Assembly: GCA_046344715.1 (NCBI GenBank)
Contig: JBKDKX010000015.1
Span: forward strand, 10,690 to 74,689
DNA from: Alphaproteobacteria bacterium
GTDB taxonomy: Bacteria; Pseudomonadota; Alphaproteobacteria; Rickettsiales; SXRF01
Direction: 5' to 3'
Length of the DNA stretch: 64,000 nucleotides
The notes beneath the pieces were generated by a model. That model was not told where the DNA came from. It saw only the letters and a program-made list of their open reading frames with translations, and did not search any database. This document shows, piece after piece, positions 39,123 through 48,852 of the stretch (the stretch's first letter is position 1; the number at the start of each line of letters is the position of its first letter). The position numbers and the translations under genes are program-made.

Positions 39123-39241
39123 TTAACCCATTCGGTTAACTCTAACCTTGCTTTGTTGCCCTTTTATGGGAATCCGGACTATAAGTGCTGGAGGCTCGTT
39201 AGGGTTATTAAAGTTTGAGCTAAATCGCGCCCCCGCAACCA
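39123..39241 (-). other. attR with in-frame alternative integrase C-terminal tail
   Basis: Minus strand reads VAGARFSSNFNNPNEPPALIVRIPIKGQQSKVRVNRMG* in the integrase frame across the att core. Confidence 0.8.
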
Positions 39242-39308
39242 ACACCACAGACAATCTCCGAGGATTGGCAAAAATCACACAATCTTCTGGTGCCGCATTT
39301 TCAGGATG

Positions 39309-41528
39309 TTACGCGGGGGTAAAAAACACTTTGACCCGCATTGTCTCTGCTTTAATAGCGGTGAGCATCTCCAGTTTTTGGGTATCGTTGTGCTCGAAAT
39401 TAGCTTCGGCACGTTTGCAGAGATGATGTAGTTGCGTTGCGCCTAAGTTGCCTGAGGATCCTTTGAAGCGGTGGGCAGCAGATTTCCACGCATCATTTTT
39501 ATCTGCGCCCATGCTTTGTTCCAGAATTACAATCATCTCCTGCGCTTGTTCTAAAAACAGATCAGCGAGCGCCTTTTCTTCCGCAGGGTCACCATCGGTA
39601 AACAGGCGAAGCTGCTCCATATCAACAGGTTCTTCTTTGGTTTCCTGTGATACAGCAATTTCTGGTTTTGCAGCGTTGATAATGGATTTGGTTTCATCCA
39701 GCACAAACCACGCTTCTATAGTTTTCTTCAAATGTTCGGCACGCAATGGTTTGCTCAAATAATCATCCATACCAGCATTTAGGCATTTCTCACGGTCGCC
39801 CATCATTGCGTTGGCGGTCATGGCAATAATCGGAACATGGGTAAGCCCAGAAGACTCACGCACACGAATCTCCTGCGTTGCGATGTATCCATCCATCTTA
39901 GGCATTTGACAGTCCATAAAAATCATATGATACCTGTTGCTATCATATTTCATTACCGCTTCAAAACCGTCCTCAGCTTTATCGATATGGCGGAAGCCAA
40001 ATTTACGCAGCAGCTTCTCAGCAAATACCTGATTCACAGGGTAATCTTCCACCAGCAACACATGTGCTTCACTGATATGAATCTTTCCAACACAATGGTG
40101 GCTTAAGTTTCTTAAGCTCTCAATCGTTACTGCTTCATCTATTGGGCTTGCAGGATTATAGGGAATAGCAAACCAGAAGGTAGAGCCTTTACCTAAAGCA
40201 CTTTCGACACCGATTTCACCTCCCATGAGTTGAACAAGTTGTTTAGTGATAGCAAGTCCTAAACCTGTGCCGCCATACTGGCGTGTGACTGTACTATCGG
40301 CCTGCGTAAATTTTTCAAAGATTTCGCTGAGTTTCTCAGAGGGAATACCCATGCCGGTATCCTCCACCGTAACATACAGCCTGTCGCCATTTTTGTGCTC
40401 CTGTATGCTTGCCTTGATTCGCACATGTCCCTGCGCGGTAAATTTAATAGCATTGCCAACAAGATTCATAAGGATCTGGCGAACACGCCCTGGATCTCCC
40501 CAGATATGTGTGGGCACTTGCGAATCTGCGCTTACCACCAGATCAACACCTTTCTTTTCCGCCTGTGGACGCAGTAAGTTACCGGTTTTATGCAATGTAT
40601 CGATAAATCCAAACGCGATATTCTCAAGCGCGAGCGCGCCTGCCTCAATCTTTGAGAAATCAAGAATATCATTGAGTAGCATCAGCAGATTCTCGCCGGA
40701 GCTATTAATAGTGGAAACAAATTCTTTTTGCTCAGCATCAAGTGGGGTATCTGCAAGTAATTGTGCCATTCCTAGCACGCCATTCATCGGCGTACGAAGT
40801 TCATGGCTCATATTGGCAAGGAAGTCGCCCTTTGCCTTGTTGGCCGCTTCCGCCTTTTCTAAACTTTCCTTCAAATCGCGGGTGGCTGCTTCTGCCTTCA
40901 TGTTGGCGCGCTTAAGCTGCAACCACATGTTTTTCTCTTTGAGTTCTTCTTGTTTCTTTGCGGTAATATCGCGTTCAATGGCAGCGAAGTGTGTTACTAT
41001 GCCATCGGTATTCCTGACCGGTACAATACTAATGTCTAACCAGTAATTTGTACCATCTTTACTAACATTAAGCAGCTCGTCCTTAAATGGTTTTCCTTCG
41101 AGCAATGCCGCTTTCATTGCATCAAGCGTTTCGCGCTTTGTAAATTCACTTTGCAGAAAGCGTGGTGATTTTCCAATGGCTTCATCTGCGGTATAACCGG
41201 AGATTTTTGTGAATGCTTCATTGACATACATAATCTCTGGGCCTGGATTTTTTAGATCTGCATTTGTAATGATAATGCTGTCATTAGCGCTTTTTAATAC
41301 TGTTTCAAGCAATGCTGCTCTTTCACGCAGTGTCGCTGCCAGACGTATTTGCGGACGAAACACAAATATTGTCATAATAATAAGGAATGCAACGGCTCCC
41401 ATAAAAGCGATGTGACTAATGATATCGGTTAATGTTTCTGGTGGATCAATGATGATATGCAGGACGGCAGTTCCCAATACCAGGGCAAGGGAAAAATAAA
41501 ATATTGGAACGGTATATTTTGTCTGCAT
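39309..41528 (-). CDS. hybrid histidine kinase (TM-PAS-HisKA-HATPase-REC-HPt)
   Basis: MSHELRTP, NLVGNAIKF, GTGLGL, MDCQMP, AHRFKGSS; start placed at MQTKY. Confidence 0.95.
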   Translation of the reverse strand: MQTKYTVPIFYFSLALVLGTAVLHIIIDPPETLTDIISHIAFMGAVAFLIIMTIFVFRPQIRLAATLRERAALLETVLKSANDSIIITNADLKNPGPEIMYVNEAFTKISGYTADEAIGKSPRFLQSEFTKRETLDAMKAALLEGKPFKDELLNVSKDGTNYWLDISIVPVRNTDGIVTHFAAIERDITAKKQEELKEKNMWLQLKRANMKAEAATRDLKESLEKAEAANKAKGDFLANMSHELRTPMNGVLGMAQLLADTPLDAEQKEFVSTINSSGENLLMLLNDILDFSKIEAGALALENIAFGFIDTLHKTGNLLRPQAEKKGVDLVVSADSQVPTHIWGDPGRVRQILMNLVGNAIKFTAQGHVRIKASIQEHKNGDRLYVTVEDTGMGIPSEKLSEIFEKFTQADSTVTRQYGGTGLGLAITKQLVQLMGGEIGVESALGKGSTFWFAIPYNPASPIDEAVTIESLRNLSHHCVGKIHISEAHVLLVEDYPVNQVFAEKLLRKFGFRHIDKAEDGFEAVMKYDSNRYHMIFMDCQMPKMDGYIATQEIRVRESSGLTHVPIIAMTANAMMGDREKCLNAGMDDYLSKPLRAEHLKKTIEAWFVLDETKSIINAAKPEIAVSQETKEEPVDMEQLRLFTDGDPAEEKALADLFLEQAQEMIVILEQSMGADKNDAWKSAAHRFKGSSGNLGATQLHHLCKRAEANFEHNDTQKLEMLTAIKAETMRVKVFFTPA

Positions 41529-41538
41529 AACTACCCTG

Positions 41539-42393
41539 TTACATTGACTGCTTGCGATGGTGCAGCGCGCCATTTCTAATATACTGGCGCATTTTTTCTT
41601 TCTTGAAAGGCTTGGCTATGAAACCAGAGGCACCGCTTGCAAGTGCTGTGGTGACATTATCCAGATAGCTGTTTGAGCTAAACATTACCACATAGGCATC
41701 TTTATCGCTTGCCATGATTTGATGCAGCACATCAAAACCGCTGGCATCTGGCAGGCCTATATCAAGAAATACAATATCTGGCGCGTGCAGAAGATAATTA
41801 GCAACCGCGTCATGGGCGTTAGCTGCAGTAATTATTGCATAATTTTCCTTGAAAGCACTGGCTGTAATGCGTCGTGTCAGTGGGTCATCCTCAACCACCA
41901 TAATGTGAAGCGGCATACGTGCCTTGCGGAGTTTCTTTGCTTCAGCAAAAATTGCTTCAAGTGCCGCCGTTTCACCAAAGTTATGGGTGTTGGCTTTTTG
42001 GAGTGCGGGCCGCGAAGCATCTGTTTTGGTTAACAACAGCTCGCGTACATTTTTCCAGTCTGTTGACATGTCATAGAATGTACATCCTGAAGTGGTACCT
42101 TCCGATAGTGATGCGGCATTAATAAATTCATCGGCAATTGCGTATAGCTGTGCATCCTGTAGGTCGCGGCTTATGAAGAGAACGTCATTGTCAGCACAAT
42201 GCACCAGGTCGCAATCAATATCGGTATGTGTCTTTTTGATCTGCGAAATGATGGCTGTGCGGCAGCCAGCAATGTTTTCTTCATTATGGCCAATGTGCAG
42301 GCAATGCCAGGCTTCCAGGCTTTTATGGTCTTTGCTGATTGCTGTCGTCAGATTATGAATAAAGGATGTAGTATTTTCGGTATGTATGCGCAC
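41539..42393 (-). CDS. response regulator, unknown N-domain plus C-terminal REC
   Basis: VVEDD, FLDIGLPD, FIAKPF. Confidence 0.88.
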   Translation of the reverse strand: MRIHTENTTSFIHNLTTAISKDHKSLEAWHCLHIGHNEENIAGCRTAIISQIKKTHTDIDCDLVHCADNDVLFISRDLQDAQLYAIADEFINAASLSEGTTSGCTFYDMSTDWKNVRELLLTKTDASRPALQKANTHNFGETAALEAIFAEAKKLRKARMPLHIMVVEDDPLTRRITASAFKENYAIITAANAHDAVANYLLHAPDIVFLDIGLPDASGFDVLHQIMASDKDAYVVMFSSNSYLDNVTTALASGASGFIAKPFKKEKMRQYIRNGALHHRKQSM

Positions 42394-42399
42394 GTTAAG

Positions 42400-43272
42400 T
42401 TACTCCTTTGCCTGTTGGATGGTTGGGCAACGCTCAATGTATTGAAATAGCTTTTCTTTGGTGAATGGCTTGGCAATAAAGCCTTTTGCGCCCTTGCTCA
42501 TTGCCTGCGTAATATTCTCGCGGTCACAATTACCGCTGAGCATAATCACATGAGCATCAGGATCGAGTGCTATAATTTTTTCAAGCAACTCATGCCCCGT
42601 CACGTCTGGTAAGTTAATATCAAGAAAAAGCAGGTCTGGTGCTATTCTGGCATAGGTATCGAGAGCGTAATTTGCTTCTCCAAGTCCTGTGAGTGAATAT
42701 TGTTTCTGGAGCACATTTTCTACCAGCCTGCGTGAGAATGTATCATCCTCGATCATCATCAGCTCAGGCTTTGTACGGCTTGCACGGCGACTTTTGATAG
42801 CGTCTGATTTTATATTGGCACTACCATTTAATATAGCCTGACGCTTGCGTTCCTGTTGTTGTTGTTCAAGGAGTTTACGTTTTTCCTGATCTGTTCTTCT
42901 TTGAATTTCTAGTTTTTTTTCAACAACCCGTAATAATTTACTTATATGCAGCGATACTTCATAAAAATTGACCCAATCGTCGTTGGCCGGTTTATTAAGA
43001 TAGGTAGCAATGGTTACTATAAATTCCCTGCCGTCTTTAACAGGAATAGATGGTGCGAGGATGAAGATATCTCCATCCCCGCATAAGTAAATCTGAACAT
43101 CGATTGCTAAAAAATAGCGCTGTGCCAGTTCAAACACTTTTTCATTCATGTCTGCTGGTTTTTGGCTATCCATCAGGTTAAAATGGATACAACGCGATGT
43201 TTTGGGGTCAGCTCTGAGAATTCCCAGTGCTGCTTCTAATTTCCCCTCTGCTTGTTCATCGATAAGTATCAT
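42400..43272 (-). CDS. response regulator, unknown N-domain plus C-terminal REC
   Basis: MIEDD, FLDINLPD, FIAKPF. Confidence 0.88.
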   Translation of the reverse strand: MILIDEQAEGKLEAALGILRADPKTSRCIHFNLMDSQKPADMNEKVFELAQRYFLAIDVQIYLCGDGDIFILAPSIPVKDGREFIVTIATYLNKPANDDWVNFYEVSLHISKLLRVVEKKLEIQRRTDQEKRKLLEQQQQERKRQAILNGSANIKSDAIKSRRASRTKPELMMIEDDTFSRRLVENVLQKQYSLTGLGEANYALDTYARIAPDLLFLDINLPDVTGHELLEKIIALDPDAHVIMLSGNCDRENITQAMSKGAKGFIAKPFTKEKLFQYIERCPTIQQAKE

Positions 43273-43427
43273 AATGTTTTCAACCTATGGCTTCATTATT
43301 GCAAGTTTTTATCTCATGTCATAATCGATAAGTATCAATAGGTTAAGAAATTGAGGCGATGATAAATTCTCAAAATACCGTTCGATTTTGAGAATAAAAT
43401 GTGCTATATTCCTAGAATGCTACGAAC

Positions 43428-44822
43428 ATGAGGGCAAAGGTGACTATCACTATCCTGATTGCAGAAGATGACCCCATACAAAGCAAAATGCTTGCTATGT
43501 TACTTGGTAAAAAACTGGGCTACAGGGTGCTGACTGCCTCTAATGGCACAGAGGCAGTAGATCGCGTGCAGGCAAGTAGCGTGGGCGAAATCAACGCGGT
43601 GCTGCTGGACATCAATATGCCAGTGATGGACGGATTTGAAGCATTAAAAAACATCCGCAAATACCGCCCTGATATTCCCGTACTGATGCTCACCGGTAGC
43701 GATGACACAAATGTTGCCGTAAAAGCCATTAAGGAGGGCGCAAGTGATTTTATTGTCAAACCGCCAGATCCAACCCATCTCGATATTGCTATTAAAAATG
43801 CTATCCGGCTTTCTGCGCTCTCGCAAGAGCTTGCAAAGCTTAAACGTGACAAGGAAGGTGCAACTGCTTTTACTGATTTAATAGGCAATAATGGAGGGCT
43901 GGCATCTGTTGTTGCCTATGGGCGCAAAGCGGCGGCCAGTGATGTTCCGGTATTGCTTATGGGAGAAACAGGCGTAGGTAAGGAATTGTTTGCGCGCACC
44001 ATTCATGGCGAGAGCAAGCGGGTAGGGGCACCCTTTGTGTCAATTAATTGCGGCGCTGTATCGCATAATATCGAACAAACACTTTTTGGCGTGGCAAACC
44101 CCGCTGCTCCCAATCAGATCGGAAAACTTCGCGCCGCAGAAGGTGGAACGCTATTCCTTGATGATATCACAGAACTTTCTCCTGATGCACAGGTACGGTT
44201 ATTGCGCGTCTTGCAACAAAGGGAGATAGAGCCACAAGGCGGTGGCAGGCCGATTAAAGTGAATGTACGGATTATTTCTGCCACGGATCGCGACATCAAG
44301 CGCGATGTGCAAACGGGCCGTTTCCGTGAAGATTTGTATTTCCGGCTGAATGTATTGCCCATTACCATTCCGTCCCTGCGTGAGCATAAAGAAGATATAT
44401 TGCCACTGGCAGAGTATTTTATTCAGCGCATTGCCATTTCTGACCGCTTAACACCCAAAACTCTAGATGCGGATGCGGCTGATTACCTGATGCATCACGC
44501 ATGGCCAGGCAATGTCCGTGAACTAGAAGGGCTCATTCACCGTGCACTAGTACTTTCTGATGCAGATTCAATAGATCGCACTCTGCTAGAGCAGATTCAT
44601 GAATCTGCTACCTCCGCAAAACCGATGGAACGCCGTGCGCCTGCGGCGCTCCATATCAATATGCGCAATGCAGACGGCAGCTTCAAAACCATGGACGAAA
44701 TTGAGGCAGAAGTGCTGCGTACCACGCTGGCGCATTTTGAGAATAACATCACCCGCGCTTCGGATATCCTTGGCATTGCTAAATCCACCTTTTACCGGAA
44801 AATAAAAGCTGCTAGTAATTAG
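43428..44822 (+). CDS. NtrC-family REC-AAA+-Fis regulator lacking GAFTGA
   Basis: GETGVGKE, FREDLYFRL, WPGNVREL, Fis HTH; GAFTGA loop replaced. Confidence 0.92.
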   Translation: MRAKVTITILIAEDDPIQSKMLAMLLGKKLGYRVLTASNGTEAVDRVQASSVGEINAVLLDINMPVMDGFEALKNIRKYRPDIPVLMLTGSDDTNVAVKAIKEGASDFIVKPPDPTHLDIAIKNAIRLSALSQELAKLKRDKEGATAFTDLIGNNGGLASVVAYGRKAAASDVPVLLMGETGVGKELFARTIHGESKRVGAPFVSINCGAVSHNIEQTLFGVANPAAPNQIGKLRAAEGGTLFLDDITELSPDAQVRLLRVLQQREIEPQGGGRPIKVNVRIISATDRDIKRDVQTGRFREDLYFRLNVLPITIPSLREHKEDILPLAEYFIQRIAISDRLTPKTLDADAADYLMHHAWPGNVRELEGLIHRALVLSDADSIDRTLLEQIHESATSAKPMERRAPAALHINMRNADGSFKTMDEIEAEVLRTTLAHFENNITRASDILGIAKSTFYRKIKAASN

Positions 44823-44849
44823 CAATTATTGCAATCAGCAGGAGAGTAT

Positions 44850-45218
44850 ATGGCGCAGAGTTTATTTGAGCGTATCGGCGGTGAAGCAGCAGTGAAAGCC
44901 ACTGTCATCAAAATGTATGACAAAATTCTGGATGATGAGGAACTTGCACCTTTCTTTGATAATATCGATGTTGATAAATTGCGTTTAAGCCAATCGGCTT
45001 TCGTGACGTATGCATTTGGTGGTCCAAACCACTATTCTGGAAAAGGATTGCGTACTGCCCACGCTGGAGCAGTATCACGTGGGCTTTCTGACCGTCACTT
45101 TGATCTGGTTGCCAAACACCTGAAATCTGCCATGCAGGAACTAAATGTACCCACCGACCTTATCGACGAGGCGCTGGCCATCGTAGGCTCCACCCGAAAA
45201 GATGTGCTGGGGCAGTAG
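44850..45218 (+). CDS. group I truncated hemoglobin
   Basis: SLFERIGG, LAPFF, FGGP..YSG..LRTAH, HF; GGAG RBS. Confidence 0.92.
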   Translation: MAQSLFERIGGEAAVKATVIKMYDKILDDEELAPFFDNIDVDKLRLSQSAFVTYAFGGPNHYSGKGLRTAHAGAVSRGLSDRHFDLVAKHLKSAMQELNVPTDLIDEALAIVGSTRKDVLGQ

Positions 45219-45252
45219 CTGTAGAACATCATTTGAGGTATCTACGGAGTTC

Positions 45253-45825
45253 TTAACTGTTGGCTCTTTCCAGCGCTTTCTCAATAGCCTTTTTAACACG
45301 GTCACTTTCCGGTGATGTAGTCGAATTAAAATAATCGACCAGCTCGCCTTTGCGATTAATAAGGTATTTATGGAAATTCCACTTTGGCGCAGTGCCAAAA
45401 CCAAGCTGTTTCTTTGCCCACTGATAAAATGGGTGTGCAGTATCACCCGATACAATTTCTTTAGAGGTCATGGGAAAAGTTACGCCATAATTAAGCTTGC
45501 AGAAATTGGCGATTTCCTGGCTGCTGCCTGGTTCTTGCTCACCAAAATCATTGCTTGGCACCCCAATAACTACCAGGCCTTTTTCCTCATATGTAGTATA
45601 GAGCTTTTCCAAGCCTTCATATTGTGAAGTGAAGCCGCAACGTGAAGCAGTATTCACAATCAGAAGCACTTTACCTTTGAACTGTTCAAGCGGCATGGGC
45701 TCTTCTCCCATGAGTGTTTTGAATGAGAATTCGTAGGCGCTTTTATGTGTAGCTTCAGCTTTAGCAGGCGATTGAAACAGTGAAAACATAAGTGATCCTA
45801 TCAGTGTGTAGATGATTATTTTCAT
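45253..45825 (-). CDS. glutathione peroxidase (signal peptide)
   Basis: VNTASRCGFT, PSNDFG.QEPG, KWNFHKYL. Confidence 0.95.
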   Translation of the reverse strand: MKIIIYTLIGSLMFSLFQSPAKAEATHKSAYEFSFKTLMGEEPMPLEQFKGKVLLIVNTASRCGFTSQYEGLEKLYTTYEEKGLVVIGVPSNDFGEQEPGSSQEIANFCKLNYGVTFPMTSKEIVSGDTAHPFYQWAKKQLGFGTAPKWNFHKYLINRKGELVDYFNSTTSPESDRVKKAIEKALERANS

Positions 45826-45831
45826 AGTCCA

Positions 45832-46941
45832 TCATGCCGCTGCCTGAGAAAGGAAAGGGTAATCCGTATAACCCTTTTCTGCGCCGCCATAGAATGTTGC
45901 GCGGTTATATTTGTTGAGTGCCACGCCTGATTTTATACGTTCCGGCAGGTCTGGGTTGGCAATGTAAATCCGGCCAAAAGCTACTGCATCTGCCGCAGCG
46001 GATGCAATCGCCTCTTTAGCACTTTCAGGCGTATATCCACCGGCGGAAATAAATACGCCACTAAATGATTTCCTGAAGAGGCTGGAGGCAGACGGAGCAT
46101 CTTGCGCTACAGCATCGCTGCCACCCGCGCTGGTTGCGCGTGGCTCTATCAGATGCGCATAAGCAATGCCGCGTTTGCTTAATTGCTCCAGCACGTAGGT
46201 AAAAAGCGCCACGGGATCACTATCGCTCATGTCATTAAACGTACCGTAAGGCGATAGGCGCACACCCACGCGGCCTTTTCCCCACACATTAGTTACGGCA
46301 TCAGTCACTTCCAAGAGCAGGCACGCACGATTTTCAATACTGCCGCCATAATTATCCGTACGCTTGTTGCTGCCGTCTTGCAGGAACTGGTCTAGCAAGT
46401 AGCCATTAGCGCCATGAACTTCTACCCCATCAAAACCTGCTGCCTTAGCATTTTGAGCGGCCTCTTTATAATTGGCAACAATCCCTGCAAGTTCTGAAGT
46501 TTCAAGTGCACGCGGAGTTTCATAATCAGCCTGCTTCCAATCGGCTGTGAACACTTTACCAGTGGGCTTGATAGCGGAAGGAGCCACCGGCATGCCACGA
46601 TTCGGTTGGTGCGATGAGTGTGAAATCCGTCCTACATGCCACAATTGTAGGAATATCTTGCCGCCTTTTGCGTGCACCGCATCCGTAACCATTTTCCAGC
46701 CTTGCACCTGTTCATTAGAATGAATACCTGGCGTTCCCGGATAGCCCTGGCCTTGTTGTGAAATTTGCGTAGCTTCGGAAATAATCAATCCGGCACTGGC
46801 ACGCTGCGCATAATACTCCGCATTAAGCGCATATGGAATATTGCCCGGTTGCTTACTGCGCATACGGGTGAGCGGCGCCATGATGATGCGGTTTTGCAAG
46901 GTGATATCGCCGAGTTGTAATGTGTCAAATAAAGTAGGCAT
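45832..46941 (-). CDS. nemA: alkene reductase / old yellow enzyme
   Basis: MAPLTR, QLWHVGR, HGANGYL, ANPDLP. Confidence 0.93.
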   Translation of the reverse strand: MPTLFDTLQLGDITLQNRIIMAPLTRMRSKQPGNIPYALNAEYYAQRASAGLIISEATQISQQGQGYPGTPGIHSNEQVQGWKMVTDAVHAKGGKIFLQLWHVGRISHSSHQPNRGMPVAPSAIKPTGKVFTADWKQADYETPRALETSELAGIVANYKEAAQNAKAAGFDGVEVHGANGYLLDQFLQDGSNKRTDNYGGSIENRACLLLEVTDAVTNVWGKGRVGVRLSPYGTFNDMSDSDPVALFTYVLEQLSKRGIAYAHLIEPRATSAGGSDAVAQDAPSASSLFRKSFSGVFISAGGYTPESAKEAIASAAADAVAFGRIYIANPDLPERIKSGVALNKYNRATFYGGAEKGYTDYPFLSQAAA

Positions 46942-46951
46942 AGAGTTCTCC

Positions 46952-48775
46952 TTAACGATTAGTGGGTGATTTAACAAAATTCTCAAGCGTATCCGCCTGT
47001 AAAATTGTTTCCAGTTCCAGACGGCGAGTTTTTGAAAAGTTTACAAGAGCGTTTTGATCTTCAAAAAAACCAAAAGATTCGCGTAATGTCTCTTCATCAT
47101 GTGTTCGGAAGTGCTCGGATTTCTGCATGACTTCCTCCTTAGGCCTACCCATCCAGACCATAATCTCACGAGCCATATCGAGCGATGAATCAAAAAGCTC
47201 ACGCTTGAAGAAATATACGCCCAATTTGTATAAATCATAAGAGTGCTGGCGATTACGTGCACGGGCAAAAATGGTGAGTGCGGGAAACTCTTCCTTGACC
47301 ATGCGTATAATGGCAAGGCTTGTCTCTACATCATCCACTGCAACCACAATTGCGGAGGAAGTTTCAGCCCCAGCGACGCGCAATAAGTCAAGCCTAGCTG
47401 CATCACCGAAATAGCCCTTAAATCCAAATTTACGGATCAATTCAATCTGGTTGGGGTCTTTTTCCAGCACGGTCACTTTGACGTTTTGCGCCATCAAAAA
47501 ACGGCCCACAACCTGACCAAAGCGTCCAAATCCTGCAATGATGATAGGAGATTGCTCTACCACACGATCAAACGTATGTTCAGAAAGCACGCTCATAAAA
47601 TGCGGCACTATCTTGCGCGTATACCATATCATCATCAGCGGTGTCAGCGTCATGGAGAGCGCTACGATCAGTGTTAGTTGTGCGGATAGTTCCGGCGTTA
47701 GTATCGCAAGCCCACCGGCAAATTGAAACAGCACAAATGCAAATTCACCACCTTGTGCTAGTGCAAGCGCGCCACCGATACTTTGCATGGAATCAAAACC
47801 AAAAAAACGGAGCAGGGCAATCAATATTAACGCTTTAAATAACATTAGACCAAGCACGGCAAACATAATCATAAGTGGATCACGTGCAAGTAAGGTAAAA
47901 TCAATGCCAATTCCTACCGAAATAAAAAACAACCCAAGTAACAAGCCTTTAAATGGCTCGATATCAGTTTCAATAGTACGGCGATATTCTGAACCTGCCA
48001 GCACAAGGCCAGCGATGAATGCCCCAAGCGCTGGTGAAATACCCAGCATATGCATAAGCAGCGTGATCCCGACCACGAGTGCGAGCGAAAGTGCGGTAAA
48101 CACTTCGCGCTGATTGCTTTTGGCAACCGCACGAAATACATGCGGCGAAGCATATCTGCCAGCAAAAATCAATAAAGCGATGACAGCACTCACGATTAAT
48201 GCCTGCATGAATGCTGGCAAATGCGTGATCATACCAGCATGTGCCACTCCTTCACCCCCACCTTGCATTGTCAACAGCGGAATGATGACGAGAATAGGAA
48301 TCACCGCCATATCCTGAAACAATAGCACGGAAAAAGACGATTCCCCCATCGGAGTATTGAGCAAATTTCTCTCTTTTAAAATTTGCAATACCATCGCCGT
48401 TGACGAAAGCGAAAGTGCCATGCCAATTACCAAACTTATCTGCCAGCTATATCCAAGCAGCACCCCAATGCCAGACAGTGCGGCGGTCGTGACCAACACT
48501 TGCAACCCACCAAGCCCAAGAATGGCGTGGCGCATACGCCACAATATTGCGGGCTCCAACTCCAAGCCGATGACAAACAACATCATCACTACCCCGAATT
48601 CCGAAATGTGTCGGATATACTCGCTATTTTCAACCATTCCGAAAACATGTGGGCCGATGACAATACCCGCACAAATATAGCCAAGCACCGCGCCGAGTTT
48701 GAACCGACTTAGCAGCGATACAGTAACGCACGCTGCAATCAGATAAATGAAAATTTCGGAAAGAGCGTTAGTCAT
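46952..48775 (-). CDS. kefB: glutathione-regulated K+ efflux antiporter KefB/KefC
   Basis: LSLSSTA, LLFQD, QGGEFAFV, KTN domain GFGRFGQ. Confidence 0.88.
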   Translation of the reverse strand: MTNALSEIFIYLIAACVTVSLLSRFKLGAVLGYICAGIVIGPHVFGMVENSEYIRHISEFGVVMMLFVIGLELEPAILWRMRHAILGLGGLQVLVTTAALSGIGVLLGYSWQISLVIGMALSLSSTAMVLQILKERNLLNTPMGESSFSVLLFQDMAVIPILVIIPLLTMQGGGEGVAHAGMITHLPAFMQALIVSAVIALLIFAGRYASPHVFRAVAKSNQREVFTALSLALVVGITLLMHMLGISPALGAFIAGLVLAGSEYRRTIETDIEPFKGLLLGLFFISVGIGIDFTLLARDPLMIMFAVLGLMLFKALILIALLRFFGFDSMQSIGGALALAQGGEFAFVLFQFAGGLAILTPELSAQLTLIVALSMTLTPLMMIWYTRKIVPHFMSVLSEHTFDRVVEQSPIIIAGFGRFGQVVGRFLMAQNVKVTVLEKDPNQIELIRKFGFKGYFGDAARLDLLRVAGAETSSAIVVAVDDVETSLAIIRMVKEEFPALTIFARARNRQHSYDLYKLGVYFFKRELFDSSLDMAREIMVWMGRPKEEVMQKSEHFRTHDEETLRESFGFFEDQNALVNFSKTRRLELETILQADTLENFVKSPTNR

Positions 48776-48852
48776 TCCAACCGCCGTCAACTGTCAAACG
48801 TACAATTTTACCTGTAAGTAGGAGTGAAGACATAAAAAAGATTCTTTCATTG

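Larger units (their letters stand above)
25850..39241. mobile_element. serine-integrase element integrated at tRNA-fMet 3' end
   Basis: Direct repeat gcccccgcaacca at 25850-25862 and 39229-39241; integrase, primase-helicase, regulators and AT-rich defence cargo between. Confidence 0.9.

Noticed and set aside
39148-39426. 92-aa ORF spanning attR
   Set aside because: Crosses the element boundary and overlaps the kinase antisense; the conserved frame is on the minus strand
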